A stretch of DNA of 64,000 bases from Candidatus Helarchaeota archaeon (lineage in GTDB: Archaea; Asgardarchaeota; Lokiarchaeia; Helarchaeales; RDOG01): the NCBI GenBank assembly GCA_019058315.1, contig JAHPZH010000001.1, positions 1,297,432-1,361,431 of the forward strand, written 5' to 3'. Of the stretch, positions 29,572-39,820 are shown one piece after another. The notes beneath the pieces are model-generated. The model searched no databases and was not told the origin of the DNA. It saw only the letters and a list, made by a program, of their open reading frames with translations. The position numbers and the translations under genes were made by a program. Each line of letters begins with the position of its first letter. Positions within the stretch are counted from its first letter, which is position 1.

Positions 29572-30024
29572 TTAAAATTTCGACATCCAATTACTTATAT
29601 TTTTATCTATTTCCTCTTCAAAAATATCTTTTAAAACTTCATGAAATCCTTGAAATTCTTGAGTATTATACGGTAATTTTTTAACTTGATGTTCGACCAA
29701 ATAGCTACCGTATTTTATGATGAATTGTTTTTGAATTTCTTCGATTTTCTTTTTTAAATATTTTTCTTTAATTTTACCCGAGCTTCTTAAAACAATAAAA
29801 ATATGGTATTCTTCTAGACTAGAAATTAATAATTTTGAACCTCCTAACTCGATTCTTTTGATTTTCTCTCCTTTGCTAATTGTTTCTAAAAAGGTCTGAA
29901 TACTGCTTAAGAACCCTGAGAATAGAGTCTCATCTACTGTTGTTTTCCCCTCTCTTCCTATAGAATGGTTGAATAAGCAGACTCCCGAGTCCTCGATTAT
30001 GTATACCTCGTCAATTTTTTCCAA
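29572..30024 (-). CDS. Stand-alone longin-like domain protein
   Basis: VYIIEDSGVCLF...DETLFSGFLSSIQTF...IKRIELG...IQKQFI..Y...F..F pattern typical of sedlin/Mon1-type longins. Confidence 0.75.
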   Translation of the reverse strand: MEKIDEVYIIEDSGVCLFNHSIGREGKTTVDETLFSGFLSSIQTFLETISKGEKIKRIELGGSKLLISSLEEYHIFIVLRSSGKIKEKYLKKKIEEIQKQFIIKYGSYLVEHQVKKLPYNTQEFQGFHEVLKDIFEEEIDKNISNWMSKF

Positions 30025-30231
30025 TTTAGACCCATATTTTATTTTTAATTTAGAAATACCTTTTTATTGTTTATATTCATTTTTGTCTTAATTTAGCTCT
30101 AATACATTTTATAATTCTTAATTTCTTCTTTCTTTGATATAAACTTGATATGAATTATTAATTTATCCTTTGAGGTATCACAGAAAAAATTTAAATGATG
30201 GTAGTTATCTAAATTATAAAATTTCAAATTT

Positions 30232-31029
30232 GTGGGATATAAAATGTCGAGATTAACTTATGGATTTGAATTTACATGGAATAAATTAATGAATATATCT
30301 ATCTTAAATAATCCTATGGAAGTAGTTGGACTAGTATTTGTTCTGATATTGGAAGTTATAATGGTTTTATTAGTCTATCGAGCTTTTACGAGTTATAGGG
30401 AAACTAAAATGTTTGGAACTCTTTTATGGTTTTTAGCTTTTGTTACAATATTTGTCGGTGTTATTTTCTTAATTCTTGAAAAAGTTGCTTACTCGACTTT
30501 AGGTAATATGGGACTGGGAGACCTTATGACAATACTAGCATTGACCCTATCTGGTGCAGGCATTGTTTGCTTTGATATATTTTCTTTTCATACTGCATAT
30601 CCTGACTATGAAAAGGTACTATCAGTATTAGTAGCAGCACTAGCAGCAACATATATTGGTGCATTATCTTTTGCTATAGCGACTGGAAGTCCAAATTCAG
30701 AAATTATAAATAATGAACCAGTATATAGTCTAGGGTTTGATATAATTGCATACATTACACTTATTCCTCTATTGACGATAGCACCTCTGGTTTTTTTCTA
30801 TTTTTATTGGAGAAATCGTGATAAAGAAAGAGGTCAAGCACTAAGAGGTCTATGGATCGGTATCGCGTTCTCCTTTTTTGCAGTCGGGTATATTTCTGAA
30901 GCTGCCCCTTACTTTCCTGCGGGACTAGCAGCACCTCTTCGCATTTTACATCTTATTGCAGCGACAATACTATATATCTGCTTAACTATGCCAGATTGGT
31001 TCAAAAACAGAATCGGATGGATTGATTAA
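30232..31029 (+). CDS. 7TM membrane protein without cytoplasmic domain
   Basis: Seven hydrophobic segments; YSTLG..GLG and MPDWFKNRIGW shared with 20710. Confidence 0.78.
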   Translation: MGYKMSRLTYGFEFTWNKLMNISILNNPMEVVGLVFVLILEVIMVLLVYRAFTSYRETKMFGTLLWFLAFVTIFVGVIFLILEKVAYSTLGNMGLGDLMTILALTLSGAGIVCFDIFSFHTAYPDYEKVLSVLVAALAATYIGALSFAIATGSPNSEIINNEPVYSLGFDIIAYITLIPLLTIAPLVFFYFYWRNRDKERGQALRGLWIGIAFSFFAVGYISEAAPYFPAGLAAPLRILHLIAATILYICLTMPDWFKNRIGWID

Positions 31030-31171
31030 ACGAATTTTAAGATTATATCTATTTTTTCCTTTTTTTCTTTTATTTTTTAAGTTATATTAAACAATCAATT
31101 TTTAATTTAAAATAGAATTTTACATAGAATATTAATTTGAAACAGATTTTAATTAATAATGGTGGAATATC

Positions 31172-32533
31172 TTGTCTCTAGTTCTAAAAAATGGTTCGGT
31201 TTTTGTTGAAAACGAATTTAAAAAAGTGGATGTATTTATAAAAGATGGTAAAATTGAGAAATTAACAAATGCAGAACCATTACACAATTATAAAATTATT
31301 AATATTGAGGGAAAATACGTAATTCCAGCTTGTATCGATCCGCATGTTCACATTTACAAAGGGAAGGAAGATTATTTAAGTGCATCAAAAGCTGCTTTAT
31401 GTGGAGGATATACCACAATTTTTTTAATGCCATTTGGAAATGGAGATTCCGCTACTTCACCTAATTTTTACGAAAAAAAGAAAAATTTTGCAAAAGATCT
31501 TTTAATAGATTTTAGCATTCATGCGGGTGCTACAGCTGTAAATCAACCAGAAATTAAAAAATTTGCTGAAAATGGAGTTTTGACGTTTAAAATTTTTCTT
31601 CCATTCAGCTCGCATGATTTTCCTACCCCAGAAAATGAATATGAATTAATAGATGTATTTAAATCAATTTCAAGTGTTGGTGGATTAGCACTTATTCATG
31701 CTGAAAATAGGGTAGCAATTGAATCTTTTAGAAATAAATTTTTAATGGAGGGAAAAACTGACCCTTTGGATTTCATGTATTCCAGACCTGTTCTTGCTGA
31801 AGTAGAAGCGGTCACAAATTGTATTTTATTCGCTAATTTAACAAATTGTCCAATATATTTCGTTCATATTAGTACAGGAACAGCATCTGAAATTATAGAT
31901 TATGCAAAAAAGCAAAATCAAATAGTATTTGCTGAAACATGTCCCCAATATCTGATGTTAAATGAAGAAATCTATAAAGAAAAAGGATCACTTGCACGAG
32001 TTATCCCTCCAATAAGAGAGAAGGAAGAGCAAAATAAACTCTGGAATCATCTTATTAAGGGGACAATTGATACCATAGGAACCGACCACTGTCCTATGCC
32101 AATACGTGAAAAATCAAGGAATATTTTTTATTCTAATAATGGAATTCCCGGGCTAGAAACAGTATTACCCCTTTTATTGAACCAAGTAAATCAAAATAAC
32201 ATAAGTTTTGAAAGGGTTATTCAATTAATGTCCACAAATCCAGCAAAAATTTTTGGTTTATATCCCAATAAGGGTATTATAAGGGTAGGTTCTCAAGCTG
32301 ATCTTTGTGTTATTGATTTAAATAAGTCTGCAACAATTACAATAGATGAACTTTATACAAAGGGAGAATTTACTCTTTATGAAGGGTTTAAAGTAAAAGG
32401 AGTTCCTATTATGACGTTATTTAAAGGAGAAGTTATGATGGAAAACGGATTTCCAGGTGAAATTAAAATAATAAAAAATAAAGGCGAATTTCTCCAAATA
32501 AAATTTGAACATGATATGTTGGTGAAGCAATAA
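31172..32533 (+). CDS. Cyclic amidohydrolase (dihydroorotase/allantoinase/hydantoinase family)
   Basis: IDPHVH, GGYTT, FK, HAE, HIS, ETCPQY, GTDH and NPAK.FGL. Confidence 0.88.
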   Translation: MSLVLKNGSVFVENEFKKVDVFIKDGKIEKLTNAEPLHNYKIINIEGKYVIPACIDPHVHIYKGKEDYLSASKAALCGGYTTIFLMPFGNGDSATSPNFYEKKKNFAKDLLIDFSIHAGATAVNQPEIKKFAENGVLTFKIFLPFSSHDFPTPENEYELIDVFKSISSVGGLALIHAENRVAIESFRNKFLMEGKTDPLDFMYSRPVLAEVEAVTNCILFANLTNCPIYFVHISTGTASEIIDYAKKQNQIVFAETCPQYLMLNEEIYKEKGSLARVIPPIREKEEQNKLWNHLIKGTIDTIGTDHCPMPIREKSRNIFYSNNGIPGLETVLPLLLNQVNQNNISFERVIQLMSTNPAKIFGLYPNKGIIRVGSQADLCVIDLNKSATITIDELYTKGEFTLYEGFKVKGVPIMTLFKGEVMMENGFPGEIKIIKNKGEFLQIKFEHDMLVKQ

Positions 32534-33916
32534 ATGCCAGAACTAATTAAAGCAATTTGTATAGGTGCAGGTAGCAGAGGAATAGACGCATATGGTTATT
32601 ATGCGTTAAAAAATCCAAAACGGCTTAAATTTATTGGTGTAGCTGAACCTCGTAAAGAATGGCGTGAAAAGTTTATTCGATTACATAAGATTCCAAAAGA
32701 AAATGTATTTAATTCATATGAAGAACTGTTCGCAAAAGAGCAATTTGCACGTGCTGCAGTCATTTGTACTCCTGATCAAATGCATGTCGAGCCAACGATT
32801 CTAGCATTAGAGCGCGGTTATGATGTCTTACTTGAAAAACCCATGGCTAATACATTAGAAGGTTGCCTAAAATTAGTTAGAAAAGCTGAAGAAGTAAAAA
32901 AACATCTTCAAATTTGTCATGTATTGCGCTATACAAACTTTTGGTCCACAATTAAATCGTTTATCGATAGTGGACAATTGGGTGATATAATTACCATAAG
33001 CCATAGAGAAAATGTCTCATATTGGCATATGGCTCATAGTTTTGTTAGGGGAAATTGGCGAAATTCCGATATTACATCACCCATGATTCTTGCCAAATGC
33101 TGTCATGACATGGATCTATTATATTGGATAATAGGAAAAAAACCAATTTCTATTTCATCATTTGGCTCTCTCTCATTTTATAGACCAGAGAGTGCACCTC
33201 CAGGAGCTCCTTTACGTTGTACTGATGGTTGTCCTGTTGGCGATACTTGTATGTTTAACGCAATTAAAATCTACATCGATTTGGATGGCTATTATAATAT
33301 GGGAAAAAATTGTCCATCTCGTGCATTTCGCTTCTTTTCTCACCATCGTAATGCAATTCGACATATGAGCCATATAATTCGCCCTTTGAAAAGGTTAGTA
33401 GATTTTAAAGAATGGCCGGTAAATACAATAACAAGTGACCTTACTTTGGAGGGTAAAATGAAAGCTTTACGAGAAGGACCTTACGGTAGATGTGTTTTTC
33501 ATTGTGATAATAATGTAGTAGACCACCAACAAACTTTAATTGAATTTTCAAATGGTGTCACAGCGGAATTAACTATGCATGGACATTCAGCTTTAGAAGG
33601 TAGAAGTATCCGAATTGATGGGACGAAAGGTACTTTAATTGGATCATTTATGGGGTGGGATGATTTATACTTCATTGAGTCACAGAATGGAGAAAAAAGA
33701 CAACTTATAAAACCTAAAATAACAATTGAAGCCCATGGAGGAGGAGATTTAAAGCTTACAGAGGGATTTGTGAATTCACTTCAACCAGACTATAAACTTG
33801 TTCCTTTAACTGATGCTAGAGCAGCATTAGAAAGCCACTTAATGGCTTTTGCAGCAGAGAAAGCCCGTTTGGAAAAAAAGGTTATAGATATGGAAGAGTT
33901 TCATTCATTAATTTAG
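32534..33916 (+). CDS. Gfo/Idh/MocA family oxidoreductase
   Basis: IGAGSRG, EKP, AKCCHDMD and HGGGD. Confidence 0.9.
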   Translation: MPELIKAICIGAGSRGIDAYGYYALKNPKRLKFIGVAEPRKEWREKFIRLHKIPKENVFNSYEELFAKEQFARAAVICTPDQMHVEPTILALERGYDVLLEKPMANTLEGCLKLVRKAEEVKKHLQICHVLRYTNFWSTIKSFIDSGQLGDIITISHRENVSYWHMAHSFVRGNWRNSDITSPMILAKCCHDMDLLYWIIGKKPISISSFGSLSFYRPESAPPGAPLRCTDGCPVGDTCMFNAIKIYIDLDGYYNMGKNCPSRAFRFFSHHRNAIRHMSHIIRPLKRLVDFKEWPVNTITSDLTLEGKMKALREGPYGRCVFHCDNNVVDHQQTLIEFSNGVTAELTMHGHSALEGRSIRIDGTKGTLIGSFMGWDDLYFIESQNGEKRQLIKPKITIEAHGGGDLKLTEGFVNSLQPDYKLVPLTDARAALESHLMAFAAEKARLEKKVIDMEEFHSLI

Positions 33917-33940
33917 AAAATAATCGATTTTTCAATTTTA

Positions 33941-34237
33941 CTACAATTCTCTCATGGCATGAGACGCTACATAAACACAACCTACTCCAGAAACATATTG
34001 AGCCACCCTTATTGCCTCCAAGATTTCTTTTTTTGTTGCTCCAGCTTTTATTGCTGCGTTTGCCAAGGCTTGAACACCAGCTGTAGCACCATGACTAGCA
34101 TCCAATGCCATCGCAATTAGAAGTTTGATTTTTCTGGGAAGTGCACCATCTGAAAGAGCAAATTCTGATGATTCATTAACATGTTTGAGAAGCTCTGGGT
34201 CTACTTTTTCATATATTTTTAGAGGATTTATTGCCAT
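33941..34237 (-). CDS. Carboxymuconolactone decarboxylase family protein (no CxxC)
   Basis: GALPRKIKLLIAMA...AIKAGATKKEILEA. Confidence 0.85.
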   Translation of the reverse strand: MAINPLKIYEKVDPELLKHVNESSEFALSDGALPRKIKLLIAMALDASHGATAGVQALANAAIKAGATKKEILEAIRVAQYVSGVGCVYVASHAMREL

Positions 34238-34414
34238 AATTTTATCAACTCCACTATTTTTATTCTAAAACTAAAAGAATGGTTAATTTTAATTATAAAG
34301 AACCTTAATTATTTTTAAAATTTTGATATTTAAAAAAAATAAATTCTTATTACAATAAAAGAATAAGAGAAATTGGTAGATTGGCTAGAAAATTAATAAG
34401 GAGTTCCGAATTAG

Positions 34415-35632
34415 ATGAAAGTTTTAGCTTTAGGTGGAAGCGGTGATATGGGTCGAATGGCGGTAACCGTGCTTCTCCCCTCCCCCAAAATCACTTCGAT
34501 AACCGTGGCTGATAAAGATTATGAATTTACAAAAACTTTTGTAGATTTAATCGATTCCGATAAATTAAAAGCTGTAAAAATTGATGTGACTAATCAGAAA
34601 GAATTAAATGATCTCATTTTAAAACACGACATAGTGCTTAATACTGTGGGACCATATTTTAAATTTGGAAAATTAATTTTAGAAACAGTGATTAAGGCAA
34701 AAAAACCATATTTTGATATTTGTGATGATTGGAAGCCCACCTTAAATCTATTAGAAATGGATGATAGTGCAAAAAAAGTTGGCATGACAGCTATTATTGG
34801 GATAGGAGCAAGCCCTGGAGTTTTAAATCTCATGGCGGTTATGGCTAGTTCCCGTCTTGATAAAGTAGATGAGATTGTCACCGCATGGGGGATGGGTCCC
34901 GTGAAAACTGGCAGAAAACCAAAGCATTTTATCAAGAAAAAGAAAATATTTAAAAAATTAGGTAGATCTGTTGAAGAAACTGCAACAGCAAATGCAGCGA
35001 TTGTTCACCTACTTTATGAAAGTATCGGGAAAATCCCGACCTTCAAAGATGGTAAAAGAATTGAAATTGAAGCTTTAACTGAGGTGGATCCTATCCAAAT
35101 TCCTGGGTATGCTGATGCCTACGCCGTGCATATTGGTCATCCTGAGCCTATTACCTTACCAAGGACCATAAAAGCAAAATCCATTTCAAACGTAATGTTT
35201 ATCGGTAAGACCGCTACCGAGGTCGTCCGTGATTATAGGAAAAAAATAATAAATAATGAGATTTCAATTGATGATGCTGCGATTAAGTTAAATGAAGAAT
35301 TAGAAATGGCTCAAAAAGATGGTTCAATTTTGATAGAATATATTAATATGCCTCCAGAATTATGTGTAATCGCAACTGGTTTGAAAGGGGGAAAAAGAAG
35401 AAAAATTGCCATCGGTTTAAATTATAGCCCATACGGAGAAATGGCAGGCGTAACTGGTGTTCCACTAGCGGTTGCAGCATTAATGTATATCGATGGAAAG
35501 ATTCAAGAAAAGGGAGTCTTAACTCCTGAAGAAGCTATTGATCCAAATGAATTCTTCGATAGATACGCGAAATATTGCAAAAAAAATCTAAATAAGAATG
35601 ATGTTCTTATTGTTAAGGAAGTAGATTTGTAA
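34415..35632 (+). CDS. Saccharopine dehydrogenase-like NAD(P)-binding oxidoreductase
   Basis: LGGSGDMG, NTVGP, YFDICDD, GASPG, HPEPITL and GVLTPEE. Confidence 0.88.
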   Translation: MKVLALGGSGDMGRMAVTVLLPSPKITSITVADKDYEFTKTFVDLIDSDKLKAVKIDVTNQKELNDLILKHDIVLNTVGPYFKFGKLILETVIKAKKPYFDICDDWKPTLNLLEMDDSAKKVGMTAIIGIGASPGVLNLMAVMASSRLDKVDEIVTAWGMGPVKTGRKPKHFIKKKKIFKKLGRSVEETATANAAIVHLLYESIGKIPTFKDGKRIEIEALTEVDPIQIPGYADAYAVHIGHPEPITLPRTIKAKSISNVMFIGKTATEVVRDYRKKIINNEISIDDAAIKLNEELEMAQKDGSILIEYINMPPELCVIATGLKGGKRRKIAIGLNYSPYGEMAGVTGVPLAVAALMYIDGKIQEKGVLTPEEAIDPNEFFDRYAKYCKKNLNKNDVLIVKEVDL

Positions 35633-35648
35633 ATAATAGTGCTTAAAA

Positions 35649-36110
35649 ATGAAAAAAAAAGAAATTTTTGAAACAATATTGAATTTTATTCATTCTGAAA
35701 CGGGGTGGGGGGATCCTCTCAGACCACATTGCGAATTTGAAGACCTTAATATTAAAGAGACTAAAAAACAAGATGATGGAAGTCTTATTGTAACTTTTAA
35801 GTATCATTTTGATGAAGATGGGTTTTCTCAATATGATAAAACACACATAATAGAAGGCAAAGCAAAAATTGATTCTGAAGAAGAAATATTTGCATGGACA
35901 TTGGAAGAAGTTCATACAGGAGTTGACACGCATTTATACTATGGTAAGAAGAAACAAGAAGAGGATAAATTAAAGCCTTTTATCAAAAAATTAGAAAAAT
36001 TGCAAAAATTGTTGGCTGAAAAAGGTTTGAAACGAGAAGATTACGAGAGATTAAATGACGAGATTGATATAGTCATGAAACAAATTGAAAAATTAAAAGA
36101 AACCAATTAA
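35649..36110 (+). CDS. Hypothetical protein: small beta domain + C-terminal helical hairpin
   Basis: 153-aa ORF, co-oriented, 16 bp after the upstream gene. Confidence 0.65.
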   Translation: MKKKEIFETILNFIHSETGWGDPLRPHCEFEDLNIKETKKQDDGSLIVTFKYHFDEDGFSQYDKTHIIEGKAKIDSEEEIFAWTLEEVHTGVDTHLYYGKKKQEEDKLKPFIKKLEKLQKLLAEKGLKREDYERLNDEIDIVMKQIEKLKETN

Positions 36111-36291
36111 TATATTAGTTTTAAGATGTTTTAAACCAAATTACTTTTAAAATTTAAATATAATTAATAAAAAATTATCAGATTTTAACATTATTTTTAT
36201 ATTTTAATATTAAAAAAATAAATTTTTTATAGAAGAAACTTCATTTAGTAACTAATCACAGACGGTTAAGCAAACCGGAGGATGTTGTCAA

Positions 36292-37374
36292 ATTATCCCA
36301 AATTGGACCATTCAGGCTATAATTAATACATTAGCAATAATTCCTTTATCAATGGCATTAGGAATAACAATTTATAACATTCTCAAAGAAAGATATCGCC
36401 ATATATTTTTTATGATGATGGTCTGGTTATCTCTAACAATTTGGGGGATTTTTTCAAGCATGACAATTGTTTATTTAGATTTAGATTTTTCAAGGTTTAG
36501 ACATTATTTTTTTATTCCATTGGCTTTTTCTATGAGTTTACTTTTAGATTCTCTTACGAGAGAATCCTACGATCCCTTAAAATTAACTTTTGTCGCAATT
36601 TTTTCAACAGCTTTATTCATTTATTCATTAGATCCAAATATGACTAATTATTTCTTTTTTCCAAATGGAGAAGTAACTCTAGCAGCAACTGGATCTTATA
36701 GAATCGCAATTTCTATTTTGACAGGCTTTACTGGAATATTGTACTTTGCATATATGTTAAGAATTTATTTAAAATCACCTAAAAACTTAAAATTATATGC
36801 TTCAATGATTTTACTTGGGGGTATTACATTGGGAATAGGAGGTCCATTAGTTGGTATTACAGGAATAAATGTTATAATTCCAGGAATTGAAACTTTTTTT
36901 ACTGCAGGGGGTGCATTATTTGTCTCTATTTCTTTTGTTAAGCAACCAAAATTAGCTTATGTCCTCCCTTTTAAAGCTGTAAAATTGGTTGTTATTGAAA
37001 TTAAGAGAGGAATTACTCTCTTTAGTTATAATTGGATTGAAAAAGAAGAAACCGTTGAAGATATTCAATTTACTGCAATGATCAGTTCAGTTAGTAAGTT
37101 TATTGAGGAGATTGTTCAGAAGGGAGGTGTAAGGGAGTTGTATCTCGAAAAAGCAACGCTAATTTTAGATACCCACAGTGATTCCCCCGTATCAGCCGTT
37201 ATTTTAACGAATAAATCTAACAAAACTCTTAAAAATGCATTAAGTCGTTTTTCGAGAGATTTTTTTCAAGACTACTCCAAATATTTTTCTGCGTCAATAG
37301 ATACCGAACAGTATAAAAATGCGTATAAATTAGTCAAAGAACATTTTCCATTTGTTCCGGAATATAAAGACTAA
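36292..37374 (+). CDS. 7TM + longin-like domain protein; proposed start upstream of ATG 36352
   Basis: In-frame IIPNWTIQAIINTLAIIPLS precedes the ATG and matches paralogue 37466; seven TMs, then LVVIEIKRGITLFSY...QFTAMISSV...F. Confidence 0.75.
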   Translation: MIPNWTIQAIINTLAIIPLSMALGITIYNILKERYRHIFFMMMVWLSLTIWGIFSSMTIVYLDLDFSRFRHYFFIPLAFSMSLLLDSLTRESYDPLKLTFVAIFSTALFIYSLDPNMTNYFFFPNGEVTLAATGSYRIAISILTGFTGILYFAYMLRIYLKSPKNLKLYASMILLGGITLGIGGPLVGITGINVIIPGIETFFTAGGALFVSISFVKQPKLAYVLPFKAVKLVVIEIKRGITLFSYNWIEKEETVEDIQFTAMISSVSKFIEEIVQKGGVRELYLEKATLILDTHSDSPVSAVILTNKSNKTLKNALSRFSRDFFQDYSKYFSASIDTEQYKNAYKLVKEHFPFVPEYKD

Positions 37375-37465
37375 AAACTTTAGTTTTAATGGCTAGTTAA
37401 GCTTAATCTAGTCTACTTTTTATTAAAATCACTAAAAAAATGTATTATTTTAAAATTATTATGAT

Positions 37466-38632
37466 TTGATAATAAAACAACTTTTTATTGAAAGAAAAGA
37501 ATATATATATACAATCACAGTGGGAAAAAGAACACTGGAGGATTTTAAAATTATCCCAAATTGGACGATTCATGCTATAATTAATATTATAGCAATAATT
37601 CCTTTATCAATTGCTGTAGGAATTACAATATATCACATTTTCAAAGAAAAGTATCGACATATTATATTCATGATGATATGTTGGTTTTTTTTAATGTTAT
37701 GGGAGATTTCAGCAACTCTAGCTAATTTATTTTTAGATTTAAATTTTAGTAAGTTGAGTACCTATTTTTTTATTCCAATAGCTTTTTCTATGTGTTTACT
37801 TTTAGATTCGATTACAAAAGAAACATTTGATCCATTAAAATTAATTTTTTCAACCATTTTCTCGACATCTTTAATAATTTATTCTTTTAATCCAAATTTA
37901 ATAAACTATTTCTTCTTTCCAAATGGAGAAATATCGTTAGTTGTGACTGGATTATATAGATTTTCAATTTCAGTTTTAGTAGGTTTTACGGGATTTTTAT
38001 TTTTTCTATATATGACTAGAATTCATTTAAATGCACCTGCAAATTTAAAATTTTATTCATCATTAAATTTAGTTGGAGGTTTTTTGGTTGGAATAGGATC
38101 TCCATTAGTTGTTATTACAGAATTAAATTTGATAATTATAGGAATTGAAGATTATTTTAGTGCGGCTGGTGCATTATTTTGTTCTATTTCTTTTGTAAAA
38201 CAGCCAAAATTAGCTTATATTATGCCTTTTAGAGCTGTGAAATTAGTTGTTATCGAAATAAATAGAGGTATCACGCTTTTTAGCTATAATTGGATCGAAG
38301 AGGAAGAGATAATTGATAATGTTCAATTAACAGCAATGATCAGCTCTGTATGCCGATTTGTAGAGGAAGTGCTCCAGAAAGGGGGTGTAAGGGAGTTGTA
38401 TCTTGAAAAAGCTACACTCATTATGCATAAATACGATCGTTCCCCAATATCTTCCATTATAATAACTAATAAATCTAATAAAACCCTCAGAAATGCTTTA
38501 AGTAGTTTTTCAACAAGTTTTTATAGAGAATACTCAAAATATCTTTCCGCTACAATAGATATTGAACAATATAAAACTGCATCTAAATTAGTCAAAAAAC
38601 ATTTTCCTTTTGTTCCAGAATACACAAAATAA
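37466..38632 (+). CDS. 7TM + longin-like domain protein (tandem paralogue of 36292); true start probably near 37520-37550
   Basis: High identity to the upstream gene throughout. Confidence 0.78.
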   Translation: MIIKQLFIERKEYIYTITVGKRTLEDFKIIPNWTIHAIINIIAIIPLSIAVGITIYHIFKEKYRHIIFMMICWFFLMLWEISATLANLFLDLNFSKLSTYFFIPIAFSMCLLLDSITKETFDPLKLIFSTIFSTSLIIYSFNPNLINYFFFPNGEISLVVTGLYRFSISVLVGFTGFLFFLYMTRIHLNAPANLKFYSSLNLVGGFLVGIGSPLVVITELNLIIIGIEDYFSAAGALFCSISFVKQPKLAYIMPFRAVKLVVIEINRGITLFSYNWIEEEEIIDNVQLTAMISSVCRFVEEVLQKGGVRELYLEKATLIMHKYDRSPISSIIITNKSNKTLRNALSSFSTSFYREYSKYLSATIDIEQYKTASKLVKKHFPFVPEYTK

Positions 38633-38656
38633 GGTTAATGTAAAAGAAAGAAAGAA

Positions 38657-39820
38657 TTAACGCTTAAAAATTTTCATGTCCAATGTGCTTATTCTTTCAC
38701 AACCGCTTTTTGTTACTATATACTGATCTTCATTGCCTATAGTCCCATATCCTTTTAATAAAGTCCAAGCTTCCATATTCAGAACATTACCTTTCTCAAA
38801 TTTTCTTTTTAATCCACCCTTCATAGGATCAAAAAAATGATATTCTTCAGTTTTTAAGCCTAAACTATGTGCAATTATAATAAATTGATCTTTTCTACCA
38901 GCGTCTCGCCAAGTCTTTTCAGCTAAAGATAAAATCTCCTTTGGATCTGCACCAGGTTTAATAGCTTTTTGACACGCATTTTGAACTTGAATTATTGCAT
39001 CTATAGCATCTTTTAGGTCCGATGGAATTTTTTCACCAATATAGGCCATTCTATTAACATCAGAAACATAACCTTGATACATAGCTCCAACATCCAATCT
39101 TAGAGCTTGATTTTTTTGCACTTTTAATCCAATTCCAGGAGCTTCAGGATCGCTATCACCTATCGACATAGTAAAATGATCCCAACCCTCTGCACCTTCA
39201 TCAATAACCGTTTTTTTTGCAATTTTTATCAATTCGATATCTGATATACTGGGTTTAATTGCCTCAATCATATTTACTAATGCTTTTTCAGCTATGCGTG
39301 TAGATTCTGTAATTCTACGGATTTCTTCTTCAGTTTTTATCAGTTGCATATCAAGGAGTAAATCATCTGCATTGATAATTTTAGCTTGAGGAAATTTTTT
39401 AGTTATGAATTCATGAATATAAAATGGAAAAGTACTTTCCACACCAATAGCTCCTTCCCCGAGATTCTTTTTAAGAAATATTTTTAATCCCCTTAATGCA
39501 TCTTTTGGGGTTAAACACCCTTTAGCATCTTTAATCCAGCTTAATTTTTTGTCGTAAATATCCCATACAATTAAGCTTTCTTCCCCATCTCGGTAAATTA
39601 ACGCTATTGTTGGATACTGATTTTCAAGGGCAAATAATATTGGGTTCATTGCCTGATGACGAACTGCTAATCCAGAAGCATAAAATACATTGGCTGGAGA
39701 GGTTAGAATTAGAACATCAAAACCATATTTCTCCATTAATTCAGCTGCTCTTTTTTTATCATAACCTATTGGTTTAGGTCTCTTTGTTTCATCTCTTCCT
39801 ATTAATTGCATTATTTTCAC
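38657..39820 (-). CDS. M24 (Xaa-Pro peptidase/creatinase fold) family protein
   Basis: Creatinase N domain, IKTEEEI, D..G..Y.GY.SD..R, HSLGL, E and ED metal ligands. Confidence 0.85.
   Translation of the reverse strand: MKIMQLIGRDETKRPKPIGYDKKRAAELMEKYGFDVLILTSPANVFYASGLAVRHQAMNPILFALENQYPTIALIYRDGEESLIVWDIYDKKLSWIKDAKGCLTPKDALRGLKIFLKKNLGEGAIGVESTFPFYIHEFITKKFPQAKIINADDLLLDMQLIKTEEEIRRITESTRIAEKALVNMIEAIKPSISDIELIKIAKKTVIDEGAEGWDHFTMSIGDSDPEAPGIGLKVQKNQALRLDVGAMYQGYVSDVNRMAYIGEKIPSDLKDAIDAIIQVQNACQKAIKPGADPKEILSLAEKTWRDAGRKDQFIIIAHSLGLKTEEYHFFDPMKGGLKRKFEKGNVLNMEAWTLLKGYGTIGNEDQYIVTKSGCERISTLDMKIFKR

Noticed and set aside
31172-32533. Assigning pyrC or allB
   Set aside because: HVHIY lacks the PyrC HxHxR arginine and there is no pathway context; left at family level
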